DNA from: a virus
IMG/VR virus record: IMGVR_UViG_3300025151_004231
Coordinates: 1-64,000 of that record
Direction: 5' to 3' (one strand)
DNA length: 64,000 nt
A model generated the notes under the pieces. It was not told the DNA's origin. It saw nothing but the letters and a program-made list of their open reading frames with translations, and did not search any database. Below, piece after piece: positions 17,994 through 27,669 of the stretch. Every line of letters starts with the position of its first letter. The stretch's first letter is position 1. The position numbers and the translations under genes were made by a program.

Positions 17994-19093
17994 TTCACAC
18001 CTATTTTCATAAATCTTTCGTATTCAGTTTCTGGATCTTCCAACTCAACTTCATCTAAGAAATATGTTTTTCTAAGTGGATATGCTTTATCAAATTCTTC
18101 TAGTGTTCCATGTCTACCCTGCATTGCTACTAATGTACCTTTGGGTATATTTTTTAACCAATCATCTCCGTTGATGTCATTAGTTGATGTATTGATGACT
18201 AATCCAGGTTGTTTAAGTTGTCTGTAGTCTAAAGTATTGACATCTTTATTCATATGTTCTACTTTATCTGATATACCTAATTTGTCTAACAGTTTCTTTC
18301 CTGTTAATAAAGTATTTTTGTCTATATCTACATTAATTAATTTGTCAAAGCCTAGTTTGTTTGCAACTAAAAACAATCCCATATTGCTATACCAACTACC
18401 TAAGTTATAGATAGTATCTAGTTTTTTCAGTTTTGCTTTCTTTAGTATTTTCTGTACTTCATCTAGTAACCAAACTTTGCTGTACTGTAGATCAGGAGTA
18501 AAACTGCCCTGTAGAGTGTTTGGACTTGCTTCATCTATTTCGTCTTTTGGGAAGTAAATCTTTTCTAGTGCGGCTATTGTTGGGCCTTCGTCAAATGGGT
18601 CATGTTTGATTGCTATGCCCCCTGCGTTGTCCCAGGGTATCGTATTCTTGCCAAAATCATCGATTAGAACGTTCGGACGACCTTTGCTGTCAGTAGCATA
18701 CTTGGTCTTATTAGATGCGAATATGGCGCTCTGAGACGCTCCTACGTGGTGTTTATCTAGCCATTCTTTCTTACCCATGATGCTGGCCTGATGCTCATAT
18801 CTAAGCGGAGCAGACAGTATTGTGTAGGGTATATCATGCTCTTGTAGCCAGTCAATGACTCTTAGGCCGCCCCTGAGGGTGTCTAAATCGCGGAAAAAGC
18901 GGTATATGAACTCGGGTCCGTTAGATGCTAGTTTTTCGATAGAGGCCTCAGTGTCTTGTATGTCTTTATAGTCTGCGACACCGGCAAATTTAGCCCAAGA
19001 TTTGAAGAAATCCGCTTGGACGCCGTCCATATCTAGGTATAGATGTGGCTTGCGTTGAGAATCGTTCTCAGTTAGAAATTCCTTCGTTTTCAT
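17990..19093 (-). CDS. HAD 5'(3')-deoxyribonucleotidase-like domain fused to a class I SAM-methyltransferase-like domain
   Basis: YLDMDGV and LIDD motifs; C-terminal NLGSWY, NVDID, INTS. Confidence 0.75.
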   Translation of the reverse strand: MKTKEFLTENDSQRKPHLYLDMDGVQADFFKSWAKFAGVADYKDIQDTEASIEKLASNGPEFIYRFFRDLDTLRGGLRVIDWLQEHDIPYTILSAPLRYEHQASIMGKKEWLDKHHVGASQSAIFASNKTKYATDSKGRPNVLIDDFGKNTIPWDNAGGIAIKHDPFDEGPTIAALEKIYFPKDEIDEASPNTLQGSFTPDLQYSKVWLLDEVQKILKKAKLKKLDTIYNLGSWYSNMGLFLVANKLGFDKLINVDIDKNTLLTGKKLLDKLGISDKVEHMNKDVNTLDYRQLKQPGLVINTSTNDINGDDWLKNIPKGTLVAMQGRHGTLEEFDKAYPLRKTYFLDEVELEDPETEYERFMKIGVK

Positions 19094-19277
19094 AATTTGC
19101 TACATTCTTAAGTACCCAGTCATCTGCGTATAACTCTGCGGCACTCTCGTTTAATACCTCTTTAGCATGTGACAACTTATCGTCCTCAAATGCTTCAACG
19201 ACCCATTTATTAGGCCATATCGCAAAAACATCTGCTTTGCGATTTTCATGTTCAAATGTGTGATATTTCTCTTTCAT
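19068..19277 (-). CDS. hypothetical protein
   Basis: ORF; AELYADDWV C-motif resembles 62852..63022. Confidence 0.6.
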   Translation of the reverse strand: MKEKYHTFEHENRKADVFAIWPNKWVVEAFEDDKLSHAKEVLNESAAELYADDWVLKNVANYENEGISN

Positions 19278-19287
19278 AGTATTTATT

Positions 19288-19827
19288 TTAACCTCCTCCG
19301 GTTACTTGTTGAAATATTTTTATATAATGTTCTTCACCATCAGCAATATTTGCTAACCAGTCTAGGTCTGCTCCGTCATCTGCTTTATCACTTACATACT
19401 TAAAACATCTAAAGTCTACATGTTGATTAAGACATGCTTTGGCAATTGCATATGCTTCCATGTCAACAACATGTGCTGGGTCTTCTAAACTGTCAGGGTC
19501 TGTGACAAAGTTATCACCAGTAGAACATGTATATCCCATACCCCATGATATGGTCTTTGGATCAGTTGGTAACACAAGTTCCATAGACTCAGGGCATTTA
19601 CCTTTGTCACGTTCAACAAAGTTTTTCATTTCATGGCAACCTTCATGTAGTTTAATCCCACCTGCTGTACCAAAGTTCCATACAGTTCTTGGTTGATATC
19701 TTTCAATCAATTTTCCTGCTGTTAAAGCGGCATTCACTTTACCTACGCCTGAGAAGAATACATTCTCCCACTTAGACATCTTGGGTGCTTCGTGTTCTAA
19801 TGCCATAATAATTATATCTTTCATCAT
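19288..19827 (-). CDS. mtnN: 5'-methylthioadenosine/SAH nucleosidase (PNP_UDP_1 family)
   Basis: GVGKVNAA, NFGTAGG, TGDNFV, DMEAYA, VSDKAD. Confidence 0.85.
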   Translation of the reverse strand: MMKDIIIMALEHEAPKMSKWENVFFSGVGKVNAALTAGKLIERYQPRTVWNFGTAGGIKLHEGCHEMKNFVERDKGKCPESMELVLPTDPKTISWGMGYTCSTGDNFVTDPDSLEDPAHVVDMEAYAIAKACLNQHVDFRCFKYVSDKADDGADLDWLANIADGEEHYIKIFQQVTGGG

Positions 19828-19832
19828 ATTGT

Positions 19833-19991
19833 TCACCAGTTGTGTATGTTTCCTGCTATAATAAAGAAACAAGTGATAAAGTTTACGCCTACAATAACTG
19901 TTCTAATCATTGCTATCTTGTCTGCTTCTTTATCAGTTGTCCCCTCTTTTTCTCCTATTGCTTTGGCCCATAGTCGCCAATACTTTTTCAT
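19833..19991 (-). CDS. small membrane protein (52 aa)
   Basis: MKKYWRLWAKAIGEK...FIIAGNIHNW, read manually. Confidence 0.6.
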   Translation of the reverse strand: MKKYWRLWAKAIGEKEGTTDKEADKIAMIRTVIVGVNFITCFFIIAGNIHNW

Positions 19992-20518
19992 TATTCACCC
20001 TCAAAATCTACTAATGTTTTTACATTATAGCCTTGTTCTTTTATTAAGTTACTTCCACCTAAGTCAGGCAAGTCTATAACGGCTAGAATTAAAATATCTT
20101 CTTTAGGGATATTCCAATTCTCATGTACTAAATCTGCACAGGCTAATGCTGTTCCACCTGTAGCAATCAAGTCATCAACGATCACAACTTTCCCTATGAT
20201 CGGAGAGATTTCTTGTAAGTGGATTTCAGTTTCACCATATTCTAATTTAAATGCTTTGCTTACTGTTTTGTTAGGAAGTTTGCCTGGCTTACGTGCCATT
20301 ATAAAAGGTACGTCTAAATCAAAGGCTATAGGAGAACCGAAGACAAAGCCTCTGCTTTCGACTCCTATAACACTTTGACCTTTAAACTGCAATGTTGCTG
20401 ACGTTAATTGAACGATAGCATCTTTAAATGCATTTGTATCTTCTAACAAGCCAGTGATATCTCTGAATTGTATACCCTCAATAGGGAAGTCTTTGACTGT
20501 TCTAATTGATAATTTCAC
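19991..20518 (-). CDS. apt: adenine phosphoribosyltransferase
   Basis: DFPIEGIQFRDI, ESRGF, RKPGKLP, LEYG, VDDLIATGGT. Confidence 0.95.
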   Translation of the reverse strand: MKLSIRTVKDFPIEGIQFRDITGLLEDTNAFKDAIVQLTSATLQFKGQSVIGVESRGFVFGSPIAFDLDVPFIMARKPGKLPNKTVSKAFKLEYGETEIHLQEISPIIGKVVIVDDLIATGGTALACADLVHENWNIPKEDILILAVIDLPDLGGSNLIKEQGYNVKTLVDFEGE

Positions 20519-20814
20519 GCCACTAATCCTTTTATTAGAGTTTGTAGCATAATAATTAGTCCAACACCATTTAACAATACTAAGGCTCTATCTTTCCATA
20601 GAATACCTACTGTTAACCAGCCAGTCACACCGATTATACTTAGCATCAAATCATAATTCTGTAAACCTTCTACACCTCTGATGCTCATACTTGCAAGAAT
20701 AAAAATACTTGCAGTCCATTTAATCCACCAACTAATATCATATTTTGGTGTAGCAGATTTATAAATTCTTTTAGAATTTTCTAATTCTTCTGGTGTAAAC
20801 TTTTTATCAGTCAT
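20515..20814 (-). CDS. small multi-pass membrane protein
   Basis: WWIKW...W.DRAL..LN, three hydrophobic segments. Confidence 0.65.
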   Translation of the reverse strand: MTDKKFTPEELENSKRIYKSATPKYDISWWIKWTASIFILASMSIRGVEGLQNYDLMLSIIGVTGWLTVGILWKDRALVLLNGVGLIIMLQTLIKGLVA

Positions 20815-21158
20815 GTTTTTATTCCTAAACTTTCTTTAATCAAATCTTCTTCTTTAATAAAAACTCCGTCTCTCATTTGTCCCTTACGATCTTTGATATC
20901 GTCCCATGCTTTGCGTACACATTCAGTAAGTGATAAACCATTGCGTTCTGCTATGTTAATCAGAACTACAATCATGTCTCCAATGTCATCTGAGATATCT
21001 TTATTCTTGCAGATGTTGTCTGACAATTCTCCTGCTTCTTGTATCAACTTAGCAAACTGTGACTTATCATCACTGCCATCAATTAAGTTGCGGTCATGAT
21101 GCCAACGTTTAATGTTATTGACATCTTCGATTAGAGATTGTGTTTCACCTACGTTCAT
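20811..21158 (-). CDS. MazG-like nucleotide pyrophosphohydrolase
   Basis: KLIQEAGEL...DDIGD...IKDRKG. Confidence 0.85.
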   Translation of the reverse strand: MNVGETQSLIEDVNNIKRWHHDRNLIDGSDDKSQFAKLIQEAGELSDNICKNKDISDDIGDMIVVLINIAERNGLSLTECVRKAWDDIKDRKGQMRDGVFIKEEDLIKESLGIKT

Positions 21159-21303
21159 TTTCTTTTTCCTTAAGTTTTTGGTACCATTTTAAACTGCATT
21201 CTGCATCGCAGAAGACCGCAGTTCGTTCAGCATTATGATATTTTACATCATATGGATCAACATTGCAAGAGCAAACGGAACATTTTAATTCTGGTATGTT
21301 CAT
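21145..21303 (-). CDS. small Cys-rich (zinc-binding) protein
   Basis: CSVC...FCDAEC, read manually. Confidence 0.5.
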   Translation of the reverse strand: MNIPELKCSVCSCNVDPYDVKYHNAERTAVFCDAECSLKWYQKLKEKENERR

Positions 21304-21306
21304 TAA

Positions 21307-21468
21307 TTATAATAATATTCTAGTAAGATGTGGCTCATAACCTTTCTTTATCATACCACATTGAAAAAGAATGGCTTCAGATATTTTATCAAAAGTGTAT
21401 TCAATGACTTTGACATTTTTATCTTGGAATGTTACTTTATAAGCCGCTTTCTTTTCAGTATCACTCAT
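21307..21468 (-). CDS. small hypothetical protein (53 aa)
   Basis: fills the gap, overlaps the upstream stop; read manually. Confidence 0.5.
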   Translation of the reverse strand: MSDTEKKAAYKVTFQDKNVKVIEYTFDKISEAILFQCGMIKKGYEPHLTRILL

Positions 21469-21887
21469 AGAGGTACCTTACCAGTATCATAGTGATGTAC
21501 ATTAACACCACCTAGTTTTAAAAATTTAACTCCAGCATCGGATCTGTAATCATTGCGATAATACATAGTTTCTATCCCTGATTGATAGATTAGTTTTGCA
21601 CAATCAATACAAGGAGCATGTGTACAAAATAAAGTTGCACCTTTAGATGATTCTGTGCTTTGTGCTACCTTTGCAATAGCATTTGTTTCTGCATGTAAAA
21701 CTTCAGGTTTTGTTACACCATCAACTTCACATTCATTATCCCAATCTGTAGGCATACCATTATAACCTGTACCTATAATACGATTGCCTTGAACAATTAG
21801 TGCACCTACTTGTAAACGATTTGCATAACTAAGTGAAGCAGTTAGTTCTGCTACTTCCATAAAGTAATCAATGAATTTCTTCTTCAT
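21465..21887 (-). CDS. dCMP deaminase
   Basis: GYNG, HAETNAI, PCIDC. Confidence 0.92.
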   Translation of the reverse strand: MKKKFIDYFMEVAELTASLSYANRLQVGALIVQGNRIIGTGYNGMPTDWDNECEVDGVTKPEVLHAETNAIAKVAQSTESSKGATLFCTHAPCIDCAKLIYQSGIETMYYRNDYRSDAGVKFLKLGGVNVHHYDTGKVPL

Positions 21888-22459
21888 ACTCTATCCGCAT
21901 ACTTGTGATTAACTTGACTGTGATGCAATTCATCTGCTCTCACGCATTTAATAAGATCAGTTAACCTTGCAGTTTTTTCTAAATTGTAATATTCGATTGC
22001 TAGTTCAGGTGCAGGAACATTTGGAACTTCTCCGTTCTCTACCATAGCAAGATAATCGGTATAACTTCTAACTGCTTCTTCTTCAAAGTAAGCAATCATT
22101 CTATGTGCTAGTCTATAACTAACCACGTAGATGATAAAGTAAAAGATCATAAAAATAAACTGTGCTACTAAAACTAAAAATCTTTCAAACCAATTAGGCT
22201 TTGCAATTTCTATAAAAAACATTAAATGCATTCTTTCGTTTTCTGCTTCTGCTAACATTTCTCTGATATCAGGACCGTATCCTGTTTTCATTTTGCGTAG
22301 ACTTTTAAAGTGTAGCCACATACCTGCTACCATACCCGGCACACCAGCAACAGTTTCTAATACTACTGCTCTGTGTCCGTAACGTTTTGCAAAGAATGTG
22401 TCTGCAAAGAATCTAAAGAATTTAGTCATAGCCATTGCTATAGCATTTCTGATTTTCAA
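21884..22459 (-). CDS. aox: alternative oxidase (ubiquinol oxidase, di-iron)
   Basis: LETVAGVPGMV, EAENERMHL, YFEEEA, VRADELHH. Confidence 0.93.
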   Translation of the reverse strand: MKIRNAIAMAMTKFFRFFADTFFAKRYGHRAVVLETVAGVPGMVAGMWLHFKSLRKMKTGYGPDIREMLAEAENERMHLMFFIEIAKPNWFERFLVLVAQFIFMIFYFIIYVVSYRLAHRMIAYFEEEAVRSYTDYLAMVENGEVPNVPAPELAIEYYNLEKTARLTDLIKCVRADELHHSQVNHKYADRV

Positions 22460-22881
22460 ACTGTAGAGAGCCTCTGTCTAGTTGAACGTGCAAGATCAAA
22501 CATACTTACATAAAGTAGTGTTCCTGCGAGATATTTTAGGTCCCATAACAATGCGGGTGCAGAGAAGGGAGGGAAGTCAAGTCCCCAGTTAACTAATACA
22601 TGCCATGTTAAAAAGCCTGTGAATGTAGCAACATACATGTTTAGTTTAGTTGCTAAGAATGTGTTAAACATCAAACAACCATATACCATTGGAAACAACA
22701 TACTCGACATATAAAAGTCAGTAATGAACATAATAGATGCAGGTAATAGATAACCTATGTATCTATTTGTAGTAATAGAAGGCATTAAGATTGCAAGAGC
22801 AAAAAAAGGTGTCCAAATAGGATCGATGCCAATTAGTCTACTTCCTACTAAGACTGATATTAATATAATTAATTCTTTCAT
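22456..22881 (-). CDS. integral membrane protein (possible transporter substrate-binding component)
   Basis: 4-5 hydrophobic helices; SRL...WTP..ALA motif. Confidence 0.55.
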   Translation of the reverse strand: MKELIILISVLVGSRLIGIDPIWTPFFALAILMPSITTNRYIGYLLPASIMFITDFYMSSMLFPMVYGCLMFNTFLATKLNMYVATFTGFLTWHVLVNWGLDFPPFSAPALLWDLKYLAGTLLYVSMFDLARSTRQRLSTV

Positions 22882-23105
22882 TTGATTGTTACCTCTGCTT
22901 CTGTTTCTATTACTACTCTTGCTCCGCAAGGTAGAAGTGGCTTATCATTGCCACCGTATAATACTTTACTTGGTCCATGTATTTCTACTTCGTGACCATA
23001 TGTGTTTTTTCTGCCTTCTTTAACTGTAATGACTGCTTCGTTTGTCCCATGCTTTTTGTTTGCTCTAATCTTGTGCATGTTTACGTGGATAAACTTTTTA
23101 CTCAT
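22878..23105 (-). CDS. conserved phage hypothetical protein
   Basis: IHVN.H.IRAN...LPCGARV.IET. Confidence 0.7.
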   Translation of the reverse strand: MSKKFIHVNMHKIRANKKHGTNEAVITVKEGRKNTYGHEVEIHGPSKVLYGGNDKPLLPCGARVVIETEAEVTIK

Positions 23106-23458
23106 TCTATCTCCAACAATGGTATCTTTTCACCAATTGGTTTGTTTTGCCATTCAGCATAATCTTCGGGAGGGTCTTTCTTATCTGTAATGACATTATC
23201 TTCCCACTTTTCAGCAAGACGACCGTTGAGTTCTACCCAGAACTCCATGTCTTTACCTGTCTTCTCTACTATTTTCTTTTCTGTATCAGCAAAGATAGCA
23301 TCTTCAGGACATTCAGGAATACATACTCCGCAATCAATACATTCATCTGGATTGATTGTAAGAAAGTTTGGTCCTTCGTAGAAACAATCTACTGGACAGA
23401 CAATCACGCAATCAGTGTGTTTACATTTTATACATGCTTCAGTTACTACGTGTGTCAA
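23102..23458 (-). CDS. fdxA: 7Fe ferredoxin (FdxA type)
   Basis: [20 protein letters not shown]...CIDCGVC.PECP. Confidence 0.92.
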   Translation of the reverse strand: MTHVVTEACIKCKHTDCVIVCPVDCFYEGPNFLTINPDECIDCGVCIPECPEDAIFADTEKKIVEKTGKDMEFWVELNGRLAEKWEDNVITDKKDPPEDYAEWQNKPIGEKIPLLEIE

Positions 23459-23510
23459 TCAAGTCTCCCTTATATACGTATATTTATTTTTATTTTTGAT
23501 ATGCAATAAT

Positions 23511-24167
23511 TTAAATGCTAGGTTTACACAAAGTACACCAACCTTCATACTCTGAATCTTCCAGATCAGTTTTACTCACATAGGGTTCTACTTGTTCAAC
23601 AATAAATCCTTGTGTAGCAGTGTCCCAATGAAGTTCCATGTTGTAAAATTCGCCATCAATTGTTATTTTCTGTAGCAACAAGGCATTCTTCGCCATATGA
23701 AAAAGATCCATAGTTTTAAAGTTTATTTTGCTAGAGTCAGAAATAAAGTTGCCCCCGGGCACTTTCTCTACACAAAACTTACCTGTTACTGAGTTATATC
23801 TACCTGCTGTAGTGTATGCTACCACTTCTAAAGTATGATATCCTTCAGCAAAGTCTTTAAAGTTAATAGTTTGTGCCCACCCAGAGTATTCAGAGTTTAA
23901 TGCAGTAGGATATGCATTGTACACATCAGTTCTCTTACCACCAACTGGCACTTCTGACCATAGTTCACCGTCAATATAAATTTCAACAACATCCATATAC
24001 TGAGTAGGGTGGAATGCCCAGCCACGAACTGAACCAATCTGTCCAATATGATGATCGTATTGAGGCGATTCTAAAGTAATCTTAATTCTTTCGTCAAGTA
24101 TTTGTGCATTACTAGAGACTGAAAAAACTAAACTGCCTGCAATTAAGAATGTTCTAAAGATATTCAT
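23511..24167 (-). CDS. secreted protein with an Ig-like domain
   Basis: signal peptide; GWAF...VEIYIDG...R.DV...SGW...G.HTLEV. Confidence 0.55.
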   Translation of the reverse strand: MNIFRTFLIAGSLVFSVSSNAQILDERIKITLESPQYDHHIGQIGSVRGWAFHPTQYMDVVEIYIDGELWSEVPVGGKRTDVYNAYPTALNSEYSGWAQTINFKDFAEGYHTLEVVAYTTAGRYNSVTGKFCVEKVPGGNFISDSSKINFKTMDLFHMAKNALLLQKITIDGEFYNMELHWDTATQGFIVEQVEPYVSKTDLEDSEYEGWCTLCKPSI

Positions 24168-24536
24168 TTATTCCGTAATCTCCTTTACCTTGCCATCTGC
24201 AAACCACATGGCTTTGTCTTTGGCTTTGACTAAAACTGTGTCAAAACGATCTTTGCATAGTTCTGCGAGTTCTTCATATGAACTGCCCTGACATACAAAT
24301 TCTTCTGTGTCTCTATTGTATAGAAGATAATCAGTTTCATCATGTTTTTCAACATAACAGATAGGTAAACGGAGATGAACTTCATCAACAATCTTTTGAT
24401 TAATGCGTTCTTCTTCTAACTCAACCTTTTCGATAATCATCTTTACTGTTTGTTGATCTCGGTAGTTACGATAGAGACGTTGTGCTTCCCAACCGATCCA
24501 TATCAACATTCCCATTTCCAGATTACTTAGTTCCAT
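24168..24536 (-). CDS. hypothetical protein
   Basis: AAGGAG SD before ATG 24536. Confidence 0.65.
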   Translation of the reverse strand: MELSNLEMGMLIWIGWEAQRLYRNYRDQQTVKMIIEKVELEEERINQKIVDEVHLRLPICYVEKHDETDYLLYNRDTEEFVCQGSSYEELAELCKDRFDTVLVKAKDKAMWFADGKVKEITE

Positions 24537-24948
24537 ATAAAAACTCCTTGTAATGTATCCATTCTCCATTACTATTTAAAAAACCCCACTCTCTTTTTTG
24601 TGGGCCCATAAAAAACAACGTGGTGACAGGCTTCTCATCATCTAATTCTAACCAATGAAAGTCCTGAGCACCACGTCTAATTACACTCCCAGGACCTTTC
24701 CAAGTCCTCCCCTTGGGAGTGTTTTCCCAGTAACCACCCTTTAGAATTATGGTCATGTATGGCCACGGGTGATCATGTAAAAACGGTTCATCACTTTTAA
24801 CTATTTTGTGAAGTGTGACATTGAAGGGAAATTTTGTTCTATCTTTAAGAAAGAGATAGTAACGATGCATGTAGTCTGCACCTGTCAAACGATCAGGTAT
24901 CAATCTGTACCTGTCTAGTTTGTTCATTAAACTGTGAAATAGTTTCAT
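24523..24948 (-). CDS. cupin-fold protein
   Basis: LHDHPW...GGYWE...H. Confidence 0.7.
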   Translation of the reverse strand: MKLFHSLMNKLDRYRLIPDRLTGADYMHRYYLFLKDRTKFPFNVTLHKIVKSDEPFLHDHPWPYMTIILKGGYWENTPKGRTWKGPGSVIRRGAQDFHWLELDDEKPVTTLFFMGPQKREWGFLNSNGEWIHYKEFLYGTK

Positions 24949-25009
24949 AAAGTATTACCGGGGAAAGTAAAGTGGGGGAATTTAGGCTCCCCCGAACCTG
25001 ATACCTAAG

Positions 25010-25270
25010 TTAGGATGCTTTGTTGGCAGCCATTGCTCTGTAGCCTGCGGCTACTACTGCTCTAGTTGGCGTACCTAAACGATATCTTGTAACACCTGTT
25101 TTAGTAGGGTTAGCATAGATAGCATATCCGCCTCTTAGACGTAGATCACTAACTGTTGCAGTTGGGTTACCAATGCCGAAACGTGCGGCAATTTGCTTTG
25201 CTGTGAGTTCTTCACCTGCTTGTAAAGCGGCTAAGAATTTCGCAGACTTTGATGCTGTTGCATTTGTCAT
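25010..25270 (-). CDS. winged-HTH DNA-binding protein
   Basis: LTAKQIAARFGIGNPTATVSDLR..GY.IY. Confidence 0.7.
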   Translation of the reverse strand: MTNATASKSAKFLAALQAGEELTAKQIAARFGIGNPTATVSDLRLRGGYAIYANPTKTGVTRYRLGTPTRAVVAAGYRAMAANKAS

Positions 25271-25436
25271 ATATTTTTCCTCTTAGATTATATATTCACT
25301 GGGCAATACCATATTGCTCAATGTATTACTATAATACAACAATACAGGATTGTATGCAATGTAAATGGGCAAATACGAAACCTATCGCATTTGGGAGATC
25401 CTATAAACATTTGTCGTATCATGTAATTCTTTGTAG

Positions 25437-25865
25437 TCAAGTACCTATTAATACTTCAACTAAATTCATTAAAACAGAAGTTCCAGTAATTGCACTACCA
25501 ATCATAATGGCTTTGTCATTCCAACAATGACCTACATAGATCCATGCTATTGCTGAAATTGCATATGCAATTTGTCCTTCTGTTGTTAGCCCTGCACTCA
25601 TTATGAATACTCCAACTACAGCAAATGTAGTTGCTACCCACTTAATATAACTATCAATAGTTCCTGTTGGAGTTGCAGGTCTTAAATCTTCTACTTCAAT
25701 TTGCAGTTCGTCCATTTCTTGTTTTAGACGTTTTCGTTCTGCATTTAACTCCATAGCAAGTTTAGCACCCTTGCTCATAGTGGAGTCTTTGTACTGTTCT
25801 TGTACTTCCTGACTTAGTTTTGCTTCAACTCTGTCAGCATTAAAATCTGTTTCAGTCTGTGTCAA
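25437..25865 (-). CDS. coiled-coil plus membrane protein
   Basis: GAGGAGG SD plus TTG start; IKW...WNDKAI C-domain resembles 20515..20814. Confidence 0.6.
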   Translation of the reverse strand: MTQTETDFNADRVEAKLSQEVQEQYKDSTMSKGAKLAMELNAERKRLKQEMDELQIEVEDLRPATPTGTIDSYIKWVATTFAVVGVFIMSAGLTTEGQIAYAISAIAWIYVGHCWNDKAIMIGSAITGTSVLMNLVEVLIGT

Positions 25866-25878
25866 AGAAATAATCCTC

Positions 25879-26022
25879 CTCAAGTTTTTTTACCATATCT
25901 ATACAACTTGAGAAACAAGTGGGACAAAAAGCAACAGGGAGAATACCGAAGTGTCCTTCGATACCTCCCTCTGATTCAGTGTAGATGCAATTGCAGATGC
26001 TACACTTATGCCCCCTCTCCTG
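25879..26022 (-). ncRNA. GC-rich structured intergenic RNA or leader
   Basis: three hairpins and a possible closing stem in an AT-rich genome. Confidence 0.4.
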
Positions 26023-26024
26023 AC

Positions 26025-26249
26025 TCATCTATAAGATCCTACTGTTTTTGGACCTTTAGAAATAAACTCTAAACCTCCCATAGAACCGACGTATATTTTA
26101 CCCAAGTCCTGATACTGCAAACTAACTTTTACAGTATTCATAACAACCGAAAGATACTTACCGGGTTGAAAACTGTCTACGTCAGCAGTTATTGATTTAC
26201 CATTGTCAGTACATTCTACTAACGTTTCTTGGGCATATACTTCTTTCAT
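26025..26249 (-). CDS. hypothetical protein
   Basis: AAGGAG SD. Confidence 0.65.
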   Translation of the reverse strand: MKEVYAQETLVECTDNGKSITADVDSFQPGKYLSVVMNTVKVSLQYQDLGKIYVGSMGGLEFISKGPKTVGSYR

Positions 26250-26334
26250 AAGGTCTCCTTTATAGTATAATACATTGCTAAATTAATAAGTCCTAACCAG
26301 AAAAAATAAGGAAGAGCAAGTAAAATGTCAGTCA

Positions 26335-26814
26335 TTATCTACGCATCCTTGCAATATCTTTTGCTTGATCAGTGCCTTTCATAACTGGTACTGCGTTTGA
26401 CTTGTGCATTGTAGCAATGCCAGTAATAAGATCGCCTGTGTACTTCTGAGGCTCTTGCTTAGTGCCACCGCCCTTACCACCTTTCATAAAGGAACCATCT
26501 TTCATACCCTCTTCCATAGCAGAAGGATACTTCTGACGATGTTCTGCATCTAACTCAGCACGCCAGTTACGTTGTTGCTTGATCGGCTTGAATGTAGAAC
26601 GATCACGTGGGTCAGCCTTTTTCTTAAGACCATAACAATAATCGATGTAAGCCTCTAGTGTGTCATAGCGGAACTGATGCATATGATTGCGTTTCATAGT
26701 CCTGTTATGCTCACGCCATCTGAGTTCTAGTTCTTTGAGTTTACCCTTAGTCAATTTTAACTTGCGTTTGCGAGTATTGAGTGAGGACAAACGGACATCT
26801 AAGTGCATAGTCAT
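26335..26814 (-). CDS. conserved phage hypothetical protein
   Basis: YTG.LI.GIATMHKSNAVPV C-terminal motif. Confidence 0.7.
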   Translation of the reverse strand: MTMHLDVRLSSLNTRKRKLKLTKGKLKELELRWREHNRTMKRNHMHQFRYDTLEAYIDYCYGLKKKADPRDRSTFKPIKQQRNWRAELDAEHRQKYPSAMEEGMKDGSFMKGGKGGGTKQEPQKYTGDLITGIATMHKSNAVPVMKGTDQAKDIARMRR

Positions 26815-26858
26815 AAGATGATTATACTCCCTTGAATATGAAAAGCAAACAAATTGGG

Positions 26859-27173
26859 TTAAGCAACGGCCTTAACATGTTTGCAAGTACCACGATATGT
26901 GAAGCCTGGGCATGAACATTTGCCATCTTCGATTGTGTAAGTGTTACCCTTAGACCCTTGGACTATGATAACATTAGAAGTTTTGGGCAGAGACAAATCT
27001 TCATACTGATCAATCTTGTTGAATTTGCGACCACGTTTGTCAAAGCCTTTGATTGGAGACTTGAATTTCTTGTCATTGTGCTGAACCAAATGACCTGATG
27101 CATTGACATGATAGATGCCGTTTGCAACAGGAGCATCGCCCCAATCAGTTGTTTCTTGCAATACTTCAATCAT
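26859..27173 (-). CDS. SWIM zinc-finger protein
   Basis: CSCPGF..RG.CKH. Confidence 0.75.
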   Translation of the reverse strand: MIEVLQETTDWGDAPVANGIYHVNASGHLVQHNDKKFKSPIKGFDKRGRKFNKIDQYEDLSLPKTSNVIIVQGSKGNTYTIEDGKCSCPGFTYRGTCKHVKAVA

Positions 27174-27197
27174 AACAAATCTCCTAAATATGCGTAT

Positions 27198-27226
27198 ATT
27201 ATACTACCAATGACAAGTGATGTCAA
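27198..27226 (-). promoter_or_regulatory. sigma70 promoter
   Basis: TTGACA-17-TATAAT on the minus strand. Confidence 0.8.
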
Positions 27227-27669
27227 CCGATTTTTTGCAGATATTTGTCTGGGTCATGGTCTAAATTAACTTTAGTTATATCAGACTTAGAGTAATAGTT
27301 CTTAAATGGGGCATAGATATCAGCAAGTTTTCTGACATCTGGCATTGGGTGTCCTTTGATTTTGTCATCGATTAGTTGTTCTAATGCTTGACATGACTTT
27401 TTATGCTTTGGGTCAAACCATTCTAGTTTCCAACTACCATTTATGTCCAATCTATATGGCATCCATTCGTTTTTGATGTATGTCTCTAAGGCATCGATGT
27501 CAGACTTAGGACCGTAGTACAGTTGATAGAACTCTTGCTTAGCCGCACTATGTGCCACATAGTCTTGTAAACGTCTCTGAGGGTTCGTAGCAACACCAAA
27601 TCCTAACGTGTTGCTATGTGACGTTTGAATGATGTAAAGAAATCTAGTACTATGCTGAATCTTTTCCAT
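27223..27669 (-). CDS. GIY-YIG/T5orf172-like protein
   Basis: FLYII...GFGVATNPQRRLQDY...LE..IK...EWF. Confidence 0.55.
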   Translation of the reverse strand: MEKIQHSTRFLYIIQTSHSNTLGFGVATNPQRRLQDYVAHSAAKQEFYQLYYGPKSDIDALETYIKNEWMPYRLDINGSWKLEWFDPKHKKSCQALEQLIDDKIKGHPMPDVRKLADIYAPFKNYYSKSDITKVNLDHDPDKYLQKIG

